From Paraphysomonas bandaiensis (taxonomy: Eukaryota > Protista > Chrysophyceae): a stretch of 64,000 nucleotides of DNA. A program made the position numbers and the translations under genes. The notes beneath the pieces were generated by a model. The model was not told the DNA's origin, did not search any database, and worked only from the letters and a program-made list of their open reading frames with translations. Of the stretch, positions 14,062 through 28,956 are shown piece after piece (within the stretch, counting starts at the first letter, position 1; the number at the start of each line of letters is the position of its first letter). The DNA is taken from NCBI GenBank assembly GCA_965644295.1, contig CBFFRP010000463.1:72992-136991 (forward strand), in the 5' to 3' direction.

Positions 14062-15122
14062 TAAAATTTTGTACTCCCAAAGCAGCTTTGATATATGTAT
14101 ATAAAACACGTGAGTTAAAAAGGAAATGAAAACAAGCTGGCTTCGAACCATTTGGTAATGTTACTAGCAGTATAAAGCACAGCTAGGGTATCATAAGTCA
14201 CATATAAAAGTTTCAGTGAAGAGTAGATATCCTTTTGTGATAGAACAAAATTTAGACTATTCAGCAATGCAACAAAAATAGTGAAAGAAAACAGTAATTG
14301 TTTCAGACAAGACTGATACATTGATCAGGACAACGAGACAAACCATCAGAAAAATAAGGACGCAAGCACCGCAGTCTTCTTTTCACCAAATATTACCCAG
14401 TAGCATTTTACGTTATACCGTCTAACACAAACTAATTACTATTTTCATGTAGTGTGTATTGAAGGCTATTGTCAGTCTCTCAGTGATCTTGGTAGTTAGT
14501 ATTGAACTACAACCAACTCCTACGTGCGTACTTGAAGTTTGGTAAAGCCAATCGCTAGTAGTTATCCTGTATTCTATGTAGCAATGAAATACAGAATATA
14601 CATGATTACAGTATAGGAGTAGCTATTACAAGTATACAAAGAAACTGAAAATATAGTAGCTGTTAAAGATATGATTTGTAGAACAGAATGTTGATGTTGG
14701 TGAATGACGTGGTTCCTAACTCACAGTGCTACAATATCATAAACTTACTATATCTTCTATAATATCAGTCAATACTGCACTAACTAAAAGCTTAAATTAA
14801 TAGTTAGAGAGTCGTCATTGAGTATATCAAAGCTAGCATATATGTATACATCAACGACACTATGTATCACACGTCACCTGCTATTGCACTAACAATCATA
14901 GACAATCACGCGACTCGCTTTCATAAGACCACGATGCAATACACAACGAAACTACAAACCCAGCCCATATGAAACACACACGAAAGGAGGGGATTCTTCG
15001 AGCCTGTAATGATACAACGCTGGTTCCCGCTGTGCGTGTCTATGAATACTATAAACGCTGCTTCACACCACATAAATGCTTGTTGGTATTATATATAATA
15101 TAAATTATTAGCATCATTGTAT

Positions 15123-16640
<1,518 letters not shown>

Positions 16641-17305
16641 TTAGGGTGATAGAGGATGATGAGGTTATTGAAAGGGGGAAGAGTTTGGTAAAGTGAAAGT
16701 GTTTGTATGGGTGTTTTCGTAACTATTATATGAACTTATATATATGTGTATAGATGTATGGATGGACCTACAGGCAAATCTGATTGGTGAATGAAGGGTC
16801 CATATGACTGACCATACAGCTGTATACTATTGCAGTCTGGTACAGCATACATGGCATACATGGACATATGTGCATGTTTTTGGGTGGATAGAAATTCATT
16901 GATCAATAAAATACAGGTGTAGGATGGCATCCCTACAGAGGAATACAGAAGGCCTCCACTCTCACATACCTCCTCAGAATACAGTTTTTATACACCGTAT
17001 ATTCATCAGTCTGCTGCTGCTACAGTCATAATTTTCCCTAATAATCTAGTGTCCGTTAAAGATACTTCAACTTCACCAGTAGCTTACATATGTCCGATGT
17101 CGGATAATGTTCTTTTGATAATACATTCGTTTCCCTTCATATACGTTTATGTCCATATCCACCATACACTGAGGTCTATAGGAGAGATCGCATGACATTG
17201 CTATGAAATTTCTGTCATAATTAAACCAATTCATAATCTATAACATATTCACATATTTACGGTACATTACCACCAAAGTTCCCCTCATCATTACCCATCA
17301 ATCCT

Positions 17306-17734
17306 ATGGCTGAAGTATTATCAATGAGTCAATCAAATCATGCTCGTTCACCTAGCATCCCTAGAGACGAGAGTGTACGTGCCTTACGATCACTCTTAGC
17401 AGTTCCTCGTGTTATCGAGAGTCCACCTACTGTAACTTCCATTGGGAAATCACAATCACCGGTCGTTTCTAAGTCACCATCTCCTCCTCTATCTAGTGGA
17501 GCTGTTAAGTCGACCACTCGAACGAAGAAGAAGAAGAAACAGGCACATCCCGATACAACTTCTTTCTATGCTGGTTCAGCATTTCAGAATTCGCCAGACC
17601 CTGTGTCTATACCATTACCGGTATTTGATGAGAATATCGGGGAACTTCAAAGTAGTTTGAACTTTGACAATGAAGGTCACTCTCCACCAGACAAAACTGT
17701 GATGTTGCGTCGACTTCTAAATGTCAAACACTAG
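17306..17734 (+). CDS. PNRC/Edc1-like mRNA decapping activator (small disordered protein)
   Basis: YAGSAFQNSPDPVSIPLP matches the YAGxxF...LPxP motif of PNRC1/2 and Edc1. The rest is Ser/Pro-rich and low in complexity. Confidence 0.7.
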   Translation: MAEVLSMSQSNHARSPSIPRDESVRALRSLLAVPRVIESPPTVTSIGKSQSPVVSKSPSPPLSSGAVKSTTRTKKKKKQAHPDTTSFYAGSAFQNSPDPVSIPLPVFDENIGELQSSLNFDNEGHSPPDKTVMLRRLLNVKH

Positions 17735-18579
17735 ACTAGGTTATAGATTCAGTCGTTAGTATTATGTTGTTTCTGTACCGGACGTGTGTTTCGTAACTTT
17801 GGTTTAGTACAAATAGTCACCTTCCAGTGGCATCCGCTGCTGGGTCGTATATTGAGTAGCGTATTGTATATATAGTTTTTATTATAGCATGTATCTGAAC
17901 ATTTATGTATCTGAAGTGCCAAGTTTTGAGTTATATCGGCCATGCTCGAGCATGGATTGATATGTTATTACTTGTTATATTGCTTGGTTCTTATTTAGGC
18001 TTTTTATATATTTTATTCGTGATTTGAATTATTTCTCTGAGTTGTTGTACAGCTCAAATGTCAGTGTTATCCTCACTGACCTTCCTATTCACTCATTTCT
18101 GATCCGTTGTATTTCACTCATTCCATATCACTCTTTTTCCATTGTAAATAATCACTCATCCCATCCAAATCCATTTTTTTGACGTTGTATGTTGAATTCT
18201 GCCTGCATTTGTCAACAGAGATTGTTGTGAATAGATCTCCTGTAAGCTATTATATTGGCGTACAAAGTTTATTACATCGTATCACAGAGCAGTAGGAAAG
18301 TACTCAATGTATAGGACGTTTTGACATGAATACGAAATCCTTAGTACCAATTGTATTCGTTTTAACTTATAGTGACCTATTGATACTTAGTAATAACACA
18401 TTGCTATTCCAGTTAACAACGTAATGTCCTACGGAACGGGACATCAGGATCCAAAAAACATGTTATTACAAACTAGGAGCAGCCTAGAGCTCGATCATTC
18501 ACATCATACTTGCGACGACTATTATTTAGTGTTCAATGCAAGAAATTTTAAATCGACGAGAAAAAATTAGAAACTATAA

Positions 18580-20329
18580 TCAGTTAGGCCAATAAATGTA
18601 TTCATCGCCATCGACATAGCGATCATGAAAAAGCTTATCGATGAGAATTGGTGTTTCTGATAGCGAGGGCCACAGTGGGTCATGTTGGGCTAAATTCACA
18701 GCTTGAAGTGAAGTCAACATCTCTTGAAGTTTATCGCGGTGACCTTCACTGTATGCCAAGTTTGTCTGTTCGGTGCTGTCAGCTTTTAAATCATAGAGCC
18801 ACATTTTTACAGGATTTGAGGACACCTGTAACTTCCAGTGTCCTTTCCTCAAAGCCATGTAATGGCCAGATCTCCAGAACAATTCATCATGTGCGTCTGA
18901 TGATAAGTTCCCTTGCATATGCTGTAGTAGACTGACCCCATCGATACCATTCGGGACCTCAGCTCCAGCTGCATGTGCAATTGTAGGAAATATATCAATG
19001 TGACTCACTACCCCATCAGATATCACTCCTTTGGGGACTCGCTGAGGCCACTGGACTAGCATCGGCACCCTGACCCCACCCTCGAAAAATGTCGCTTTCC
19101 ATCCTCTATACGGCCGATTTAAGTCTGGCATCAAACCCACGCCACCATTGTCGTTAGTAAATATAACAATCGTGTTTTCGGTCAGACCATTATCACGGAG
19201 GGCATCTAACACAGTACCCACTGCCCTATCAAGAGCTAGTAGCATAGCACCATAAACTCGCTGACAGTGAGATAGGTCTCCGTTCGGGTCGAGCGTCTTC
19301 ACAGCCTCGTAGTCAGACTGTAGGGCCTGGAGTGGAGTGTGCATCGAGGTGAAAGCAAGGTACATAAAGAAAGGCATATCCTTGTTTGCGGTAATTGCAT
19401 TGGCTGCCTCCTCCGCAAGATAGTCGCTAAGATAACCCTGGGGGGCGAAATGAGGACCACTGTCTTTGCTAACTTCGTATCTGACATTTGCCCAGAGGTA
19501 TCGGTCAAAGAAGTCGTCAAATTCGCAGTTTACGCTTCTGCTGTCACCGAATGGCAAATATCGGGCTATAATATCGAATCCGAGTGTTTCATCAAATCCT
19601 CGGCTGAGAGGCCTGGAATGTTCATCGAAACCCAGATGCCTGTAATCCAACATAACTATCAGTATCGTCACACAAAGTACAGTTGCTAACGCACCACTTG
19701 CCAAGATGTATGGAACGGTACCCGTGTTCCCTCAGTGCGGCTGGTATCATAACTTCAGAAGAAGGTACAGTCATATTCGCAGTAGAGAGACTTGCAGCGT
19801 TTTTCCTGTGGTAGATACCATGAAGTTTACCATTTCCCATCAGCGACCCTAGTATCCAAGACCCAGTAGATGACGCTGGGGTAAATTCGAATCCCACATT
19901 AGAAGCGTATTTTCCGGTTAATAAAGCCGCTCTCGAGGGAGCACATGTCGCGTGTCCTAAAACAAAAATCAGCTTGTTTAAATTACATGAAATCGATTTA
20001 CCAGCATAGGCATTCGTGAATGATATTCCATTCAGACCAATAGAATCTATATTAGGAGTCTTGATTTTACCATTATAGAACCCCCCACCATATCGTGTGA
20101 TATCGTTATATCCAATATCATCCGTTAGAATTAACACCACGTTCGGCTTATTAGGGTCAATCTTATTCTCTTGCTGTAAAGGCTTCTTCCATGTAACAGG
20201 CTGGTTTTTATTTATTGGGTATTGAATATACTCAATAAGGGCTGGTATGTATACCCAATATAAGTATATGATGCGCAATGACACAGCTAATAAGCCGATA
20301 TACACACAGATCTTGATGTTTTTATTCAT
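18580..20329 (-). CDS. Arylsulfatase (formylglycine-dependent) with N-terminal membrane anchor, two short introns
   Basis: KPNVVLILTDDIGYND, TPNIDSI, CAPSRAALLTG (the CxPxR motif), HLGKW/HLG, PFFMYLAF, HTPLQA, NTIVIFTNDNGG, RGWKATFFEGGVRVP, LYDLKAD. Confidence 0.93.
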
Positions 20330-20869
20330 TTCTATGGCAATCTATGTCTATCTATTAATGAGATCACTATGATTTTCTACAGTTATCCGGAATATATATC
20401 CAATGAAGGAATATATATGATCTATCAATAGTGTATTATTATGAGGAGATAACTCCATTGTATTGTATTGGAGTTTGAAGTAGAGAACTAGAGAGAAAGA
20501 CGTACAGACCTTGTTCTTCAATATACACTTCATTTCATACGAACTGCTGTGCTGGAATTCCTAGTTGTGGATCAGTAGGCCTAAAGTGGGTAAAAAATGG
20601 AGTTGCTGACGATATAAAAATTGTGTCATATAAAAATTAAAAATTGTGTCGTTATATATGAAGATCTTACGACAATACAGAAGCAAATTATTTTTTTGAA
20701 AAAATTACACTATATCTTTTTCTCTACTTTTTCTTTGTATTGGTTTGTATTGGCACATACAAGTACACATCCAGCAAGTAATCACACACACATAGTAGCT
20801 ATCTCACACACATCATTATAACCACATCATATCCTCACATATTAAAATAGTAGTCACAATTAACTACAT

Positions 20870-22360
20870 ATGTCTCGATTCCATCTCAAATTTGGAGATG
20901 TCCCAAGATATCCCTTTGCAAACAAGGAGTTTAAAGTAGATATTCATCTTGTTGATGACACTGATTTGGGTCGACTTGTTTGTAGGTAGTGATCTGGTTA
21001 TCTATTGATGATCTATTATGACTAATATCAATATAATTGATGTAGAGAAGAAGTTCCTCTTAAATTAGAGCTCCGTTGTGTTACAAAGGATAAGAGTTTA
21101 ACCCATTGTGACTGTCTGGTAAATATAGCCTACAGTATGTGTAACTGCTGATGTTTGTGGTGTTCTAGATTGTTCATAATGGTCCTCTTAGTATTGTCAA
21201 TGGGACGTGTACTGCACGCATTACGATTACTTGTCTCTCAATGAACCAAGAAAATAAAAACTTTGTCCTCCTCGTGTCTCCACTTGATGTCATGAAAAAT
21301 ATAGAGCCTGCCATTTCTGGAGAAATGTTTGCAGTAAACTATCGAATATTACTTACTAATAATGAAGCGATGACGTGGTACAAGGATCAGGGAGGACAAA
21401 ACAACTGCATCGAGATTCCTCTACGTGTAGAGGACTGCAATGGTTGTAAAGAAAAAAGTACAAGGATACCACTAAAGGCGACTTTGTGCTATAAGGACGG
21501 CGGTGAAGTTTCGGTCCAGGGTATTTTGAAAATCAAAAGTGGGGATACTGTAGTGGAAGGCTCTACTGTATTGCGGTTACGTATTGAGGAGGTATCTCGA
21601 AGTCATAGGGGAAGAGCATTTGTAGTTCGGATCGCCCCTATCACAAAGGATAACCCTCTGAATAATGCCATCAGTCCAGCTGTGACAGATGGCATTTTTG
21701 TTATGTCAAAAAGCCGCCCTACCATCAAAGGAGGTGACAAACCTACCGACAAAGGGGGTGACAGAAAGCGGGGGGCCGAGGTTGCAGTATCACTGACGAG
21801 AGAAGATTGTCTTCGCCATCGGACAGAGAAAATAGACAATGAGCCTTCCATGGCCATGCCCTCTCGAATTCCCTCCTGTGTACGTAGCCCTTCCGAATCC
21901 AGTGCAATTTTTAAGAATCTCATGGAGTGGGCGCAGTCCACAATGACAGAAATCGAGAAGCTGCAGTGGATAAGATGTGGAGTAGATGACGAAACAATGG
22001 AACCGATATATAGAAGGCGGAACCCGAATAAATCTATTAGAAATCTTGTGGAACGGTACGGTAGTTCTGTGACATATTTGTATCTGATATGGGTGCAGAT
22101 TTAACAATTCGGCCGTGCCTGCCTTTGATGTGCTTTGGCGTGATTGTTTCAGTGCGAGTTATGATGAAAATAATACTGTTTCTGACAGTGCCGAGTCTTC
22201 TAAGTCGAATGGCTCAAGTATGTTGGGTTATAGTGGTAATGCTAATGATGGCGACGCGGTGGATACACAGATTCCAGCGTTGGAACAAATTCCATCGCTG
22301 AGTGAACTAGGTACTTTTGATATTGATGATATGCTTCCTCTCCCAAACCGAAACCTTTAG
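20870..22360 (+). CDS. Hypothetical protein with tandem beta-sandwich (CudA/STAT-like) putative DNA-binding domains
   Basis: Spliced ORF with two similar modules (ARITITCLSMNQENKNFVLLVSP and LRLRIEEVSRSHRGRAFVVRIAP), a basic RKR segment and an acidic C-terminus. The family assignment is recalled, not searched. Confidence 0.45.
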
Positions 22361-25112
22361 TAGTACTTCGAAACAGTAAAACCGGGCGAAAAATGGACGC
22401 AATGTAATATCTGGATACCACAAGCAATCCAGTAAAATTGCGGTGAACAATTTCCATCATTCATTCTAACGTGCTGCATTGATTTGCTTCACTACCACTA
22501 ATCAACGATATATAATCTTAAAGAGCTGCGATCTTCTACAGCTACTATATTTCAGCTTACTTATTACGTTTTGTAGCACATCATTAAATAGTTTGATCTT
22601 TCAAGATATGTTTAGTAACGAGAGGTTCACATATGTAGGAGATTATGCGTGGAGGAAAATGAGATTGTATTGTCTATCACTCTTTCGTGTAAACGATATG
22701 AATTAATCTATCTAGTCTAACGACAAATTCTCTCTGAGATCTAGTTAAGAATGAGCAACTTCCAACAGCGTAATTGCCCAACTTTAGGAAAAATCAGGAC
22801 TCCCTTTATATTCAGTGTAACTGACAGATACGCAACCATCCATGCTGAAAAATCTGGTGGGCGTATGACCCGAACTTCCAGCTATCCCCTCTCTCAACAC
22901 AGTGTATACGTTCTGATTCATCTTGTTGTTTCCTTCGTTATTCGATCGTCACACCGTAGAGTGTAGTTCTTGCCGTCGATTGCCTTATTGGCAACTCCCC
23001 TATACTCAGTTGAATTCTGATTTGTGACTACCACCCAGTGATATGCTGTTCCTAGTAATCAGAGAAGAAATATACATCGTAAATTTTGGATTAGTATTAG
23101 TTAAGCCAGTCAACATAGTAAATTGCAACGAGCGACGATAAATGATTATTAAAATTTTAATTAGTTGAAAGTGTGCTTTTTAGAGTTCCGATACCGACTT
23201 AAAAGGGTCATACTCCTACTTAATTAACGTACGTGCTAACAATATTTAAAATTAGTTGAAGCAGGACTCTGATCTGAAGTACAGTTTTTTTATCAAGTGT
23301 CAGTTTTAAACTCGGCACTTTTAAACTCATCAGTCGTTGACACAATAGCAGCAATTGGTGTACGACCTGTGAACTTATCAACTATCCTTCTGGTCTATAC
23401 GCCTCTTTCTAGTTCACAATGAACTCCCGCAAAGGAATGTCATACCGGAAGGATTAAAAGCAATTGCAGGGATATATAAAAATGAAAAAATGTTGTCGGT
23501 GTTCATAGTGACGCACTCGAAATCATGTTTGGCGGTAATGAATATACATAGATGAGTCATTTCTCTTATTCTACAAAGCAACTGTGCTATCTAGATTGGA
23601 AATATTGGAATTGGAATGACATCTTCCGCACTTGCCGATAGCACGTTCTACAACTGCGATGTAACATAACATGCCATCGAAATCATGAGCTCTCCTCTTA
23701 TAATTATGATACTATGAGACGTTTCTATCGATGCATGTAATAAGTACTCGTGTCCCTAGCACGGTGACAAATTTTCACTTAAAAAATACAACCACAACCA
23801 ATCTTTTCCTACGTGGTGAGGATTCCACCTTTCTAAACTTCAATTAATTTTCTCACGGAGTCAATGAGCTCTGACCGCACGGCTGTCGCAAACACTTGAG
23901 AGGTTGTCACTGTACCGTCCAAAGCTACAGGGAAACAACGTGTCACATAAAGTTCAAAACTATCAATGTATTTGTCAAAGGGGGCCGATAGCAGCCACAA
24001 GTATGGCATTGTGGCCGTAGTACGTCGTACAAGGATCTAGATACCCGGATATCCAACACCCCGGAAATAATCAGCTGTGTACAGAGTCCACCATATCCAC
24101 ACCTCTACAAAAATATAATTTATTTAGGGCACTAATTATAGTGAGACAAAAAACAAACAACAAAAGACATTCTTTTCAGAAAAATTGTTTTTGTCTATTT
24201 TCGAGAGCTAACCGCCATTTGTGGCCTGATGCACACATCTTTCAAATAATAGTGAATCGAAGGCATAGATTGTGAATATGGTGTTAATGCAAGTATTAAA
24301 ATTGTGTTAGGCAATACAGTTTGTGATATGCTCATGTACTCTTAAAAAAACAGTTCTAGAAATGAAGTCAACGTTAGTAATTAGCTACGGACTACTTATA
24401 TATATATTAATACTATTGCAATATATTGTAGTATATATATTGCAATACATTGTAATAGTATCAATAGACTCTTAAAAAACAATTGAACTAGGTATTGATG
24501 GGAAGATATGTCACAATAGTATTGCAATATATTGTTCCCTAGCCCTGATATACACTTCATGTGTGCCGTATGCATAAAACAGAGACATGACATATCTACA
24601 TATCGCACAACATATGTAACAGAAACATATATAAGCTTGAAGTATATATATGGCATATATACATAGATGTTTGAAGTGTATATGTGTCACAGACGTGTAT
24701 TTGTGTGTGAAGTACTCATATGACACACATATATATATATGCAGTACATTTATGACAGAGACGCATACATATATATATGGGCAGCATGTATGTAACAGAG
24801 ACTTATATATGTGACATATACTGACTGTTTGTACAGCTTTTGGCATGTAGTTTCTTAACCCTGCTTTTTGTTACTTCGACGTAAAGTATGAAATATACTG
24901 TACATACAGCAGAGCATCTATAAAAGTACATGTATGTATCCACAATATCCAGCATATGGATATCCACTCGCTCCTACGACAACATTCAACAACAGAGTAT
25001 GCCAACATCTACTCATACACATACATGTACATATACATTATGATATATATATATATATATATAGTACCGTCTTTGTTGTTTCGTGTAGTCTTTACAAGAA
25101 CATACAAACAGA

Positions 25113-26699
25113 ATGCCTAGTAATTACTTCGAATGTAAGTACTGTGAGAGAAAATTCCAATCAAAACGAACATTAAATGAGCATACAACCAGAGTGCATT
25201 TCAATTATTTTGAGTGTACGATATGCCACATAACACTCACAACAGACGAGGAATTAAACAGACATCGAAAAGAAGATCATCCCAAGTGCTTCGAATGTAC
25301 TGAATGTAACTGCAAATTCAGATCAGAAGGAGCATTAGATGATCATACAACCAGAGTTCATTTGAATCATTTTGAGTGTGCGAAATGTCACGCAACATTT
25401 ACAACAAACGATGAATTGCACAAACATCGAAAAGAAGATCATGCTATCATACGCTTCAAATGTGCTAAATGTAAACGCAAATTTAAAACAGAAGGAGAAT
25501 TAGAGAGGCATACAAAGAGAGTTCATTTGAATCAATTTGAGTGTGCGATATGTCACATAACATTCACAACAAACGATGAATTGAAGTTGCATATAAGAGA
25601 AGAAGCTCATCATACCAAACCCTTCAAATGTACTGAATGTAACCGCGAATTGAAATCAGAAAGAGCATTACAGGATCATACAAACAATATGCATAAAATG
25701 AAACAACTTGAGTGTACGATATGTCACATAACATTCACAACAAACGATGAATTGAACAGACATCGAAAAGAGTATTTGAATCGTTTTGAGTGTGCTGAAT
25801 GTGGCCGCAAATTTAAATCAAAACTAGCATTAGAGGCACATACGAACACTTTGCATTTGAAACAATTTAAGTGTGATGAATGTAACCGCAAATTTAAATC
25901 AGAAGGAGAATTAGAGAGGCATACAAAGACAGTTCATTTGAATCAATTTGAGTGTACAATATGCCACTTAGCACTCACAACAAACAAAGAATTGAAGATG
26001 CATATAAGAGAAGGAGATCATGTTTTCAAATGCACTATGCATATGAATCAATTTAAGTGTGAGTGTTGTGACCAAACCTTTAGCACTGAAGTCGATTTAG
26101 AAGAGCATATCAATACTGTGCATATGAATCAATTTAAGTGTGAGTGTTGTGACCAAACCTTTAGAACTGAAGTCGAATTAGAGGAGCATATCAACACTGC
26201 GCATATAAATTTCTTCGAGTGTCAGTATTGTGGTCGAAAGTTCAAATCTACCAGAGCATTAACGTTGCATACAGACAGAGTGCATTTGAATCATTTTGAG
26301 TGTAAGCCTTGTCACATAACATTCAGAGGAAAAGTTGCATTGAATAGGCATATAAGAGAAGAGCATACCAAACTCTTCGAGTGCAATATTTGTGACCAGA
26401 ACTTCATATCTAAAAGAGCATTAAAGCGGCATACAAAGAGAATGCATAGGGATCAATTTAAGTGTGAATGTTGTGTCCAAACCTTTAGAACTGAAGTCGA
26501 ATTAGAGGAGCATATCAATGCTGTGAAAATGAATCTAATCAAGCATGAGTGTTGTGACCAAACCTTTAGAACTGAAGTCGAATTAGAAGAGCATATCAAT
26601 ACTTTGCATGTGGATTACTTCAGGTGCGAGTGTTGTGACCAAACCTTTAGAACTGAAGTCGATTTAGAAGAGCATATCAATACTGTGCATATGAATTAA
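25113..26699 (+). CDS. Multi-C2H2 zinc-finger protein, cut by a CAA>TAA stop
   Basis: About 18 repeats of FxCxxCxxxFxxxxxLxxHxxxxH. The stop at 26697 sits where the paralogous repeat reads ATGAATCAATTT. Confidence 0.85.
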   Translation: MPSNYFECKYCERKFQSKRTLNEHTTRVHFNYFECTICHITLTTDEELNRHRKEDHPKCFECTECNCKFRSEGALDDHTTRVHLNHFECAKCHATFTTNDELHKHRKEDHAIIRFKCAKCKRKFKTEGELERHTKRVHLNQFECAICHITFTTNDELKLHIREEAHHTKPFKCTECNRELKSERALQDHTNNMHKMKQLECTICHITFTTNDELNRHRKEYLNRFECAECGRKFKSKLALEAHTNTLHLKQFKCDECNRKFKSEGELERHTKTVHLNQFECTICHLALTTNKELKMHIREGDHVFKCTMHMNQFKCECCDQTFSTEVDLEEHINTVHMNQFKCECCDQTFRTEVELEEHINTAHINFFECQYCGRKFKSTRALTLHTDRVHLNHFECKPCHITFRGKVALNRHIREEHTKLFECNICDQNFISKRALKRHTKRMHRDQFKCECCVQTFRTEVELEEHINAVKMNLIKHECCDQTFRTEVELEEHINTLHVDYFRCECCDQTFRTEVDLEEHINTVHMN

Positions 26700-28790
26700 T
26701 TTAAGTGTGAGTGTTGTGACCAAACCTTTAGAACTGAAGTCGAATTAGAGGAGCATATCAACACTGCGCATATAAATTTCTTCGAGTGTCAGTATTGTGG
26801 TCGAAAGTTCAAATCTACCAGAGCATTAACGTTGCATACAGACAGAGTGCATTTGAATCATTTTGAGTGTAAGCCTTGTCACATAACATTCAGAGGAAAA
26901 GCTGCATTGAATAGGCATATAAGAGAAGAGCATACCAAACTCTTCGAGTGCAATATTTGTGACCAGAACTTCATATCTAAAAGAGCATATGAGCAGCATG
27001 CAAACAATTCACATATGCATTACTTCGAGTGTCAGTATTGTGGTCAGAACTTCATATATCTAAAAGAGCATTAAAGCGGCATACAAAGAGAATGCATATG
27101 AATATTTTCGAGTGTGAATGTTGTGACCAAACCTTTAGAACTGAAGTCAAATTAGAGGAGCATATCAATACTTTGCATGTGAATTACTTCGAATGTCAGT
27201 ATATTGTAAAAAACAATTCAGATCTAACAGGGTATTAAAGCGGCATGCAAACACCGTGCACTCGAATCAATTTGAGTGCAAGCACTGTCACATATATCAT
27301 TCAGAGCAAAAGTTGCACTGAAGAGGCATATAAGAGATAAGCATACCAAACCCATAGAGTGTGACTATTATTATAGCCGGAAATTTAGATCAAAAGGAGC
27401 ATTAAAGCGATATACAAAGGGAGTGCATTCGTATAGCTTCCAGTGCAATTATTGTGACCGTATATTCAAATCTGAAAGCGCACAATACGAGTTGCACCCT
27501 CTGGAACCAGACTTATTTTCTGGGATACCTTTGAAGGAGCTAAGGGATACTGGGGGTGTATCGTAATGAATTCATTAAAGACAAAGGATTTGGAATGTTT
27601 AAATGCTCATCTTGCTCACGTGCTTGGATATCTGCCCATGTCCGTAGCGAACAATACAATTAAAATTGCCACAAATGCGAAGTATCCGTTGCCCCATATA
27701 TTATGTGGATATCTACAGAAGAACATGAGTCTCACCTGCACACGATACCACATGATGCTCCATGATGTGATGCATGCATTGCAGGAGACTATTGCACTAC
27801 TCTGTGAATTACTTCGAGTAGGCCTGTTTTGTCACCAAATCTTTACAACTGAAGTCGATTTAGAGGATCATATCAATCCCATGCATTCGATACATATTGA
27901 GTATAAGAAATGTCACATATAACAATCACAACAAGCGATGCATTGAAGAAGCATCGACAAGAGAAGAGCACACCAAGCGCTTCAAATATGCTGAATGTGA
28001 TCGCAAATTTAAATCAAAAGGAGGATTAGAGGATTATACAAACACTATGTATGTGGATTACTTCGAATGTCAGTATTGTGACTGCAATTTAGATCCAAAG
28101 GAGCATTGGAGCAACATATCAACACTATACATGTGAATTACTTTAAATGTCAGTGTTGTGACCAAACCTTCCGATCTAAAAGACCATTAAATATGAGCAT
28201 ATCAGTACAATGCATATGGATATCTTCGATTGTAGGTGTTGCCTTTTTAGAAAAGAGATTTAGCGGATCATATCAATACTATGCATTATTCTTATTTCGA
28301 TTGTCAGTATTATGACAGAAAATTCAGATCTAACAGAGTATTGAAGCGGCATACGAACAGAGTGCATTCGAATCAATTTAAGTGCAAGCACTGTCAACTG
28401 TCACATGTCATTCACTACAAATATCGCTCCAAGCATCATCCTACGCAGATTAAATTGGCGGTATGGCTATGTTCATAGCAAAATAGGAAAAGACGGATAT
28501 TGGCGGGGAAGGTGCGGGACACCAGGGTATGTGGCACCGAATTACATCGAGTGTGAGGGTTGTGACCAAACCTTTAGAACTGAAGTCGATTGAGCATATC
28601 AGCACTATGCATTTGAATCCAGTACAGTGTGAGTATTGTGACCAAACCATTGAAACTGAAGTCGAATTATTATAGTAGAGTATTATGAAGGTTGTGACCA
28701 AACCTTTAGATCTGAAGTCGAATTGGAGGAGAATAGCAATACTAAGCATAATCAAACCTTTAGAGCTGATGTCGATTTAGAGGAGGTATT
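26700..28790 (+). pseudogene. Degenerate continuation of the C2H2 array with embedded 3CxxC zinc-finger and kinase fragments
   Basis: Further C2H2 units with frameshifts and stops. Segment 26628-26988 duplicates 26061-26421. Unrelated coding fragments lie at about 27490-27807 and 28400-28541. Confidence 0.8.
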
Positions 28791-28956
28791 TGAATCGAGT
28801 AGAGTTAAACTAAACCATAGTCTGTAGTCTGTAACCATAGTCTCAATCCAATGATATAAAATTGAATTATTACAACACTGAGTAAACCAATCACGGTACC
28901 CCTCTATTCTATAGTTTCCTTAGATAAAGTATCGGCATATGTGTACAATTCGCTAC

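Noticed and set aside
14900-15075. Possible structured ncRNA (snoRNA or RNase MRP-like) downstream of RIO2
   Set aside because: It is somewhat GC-richer than its flanks, but I found no convincing box motifs or spacing; an Rfam search would be needed.
24033-24080. ~38-bp sequence ACCCGGATATCCAACACCCCG.AAATAATCAGCTGTGTA repeated at 30703-30740
   Set aside because: The match is real but too short to classify; probably a transposon end fragment.
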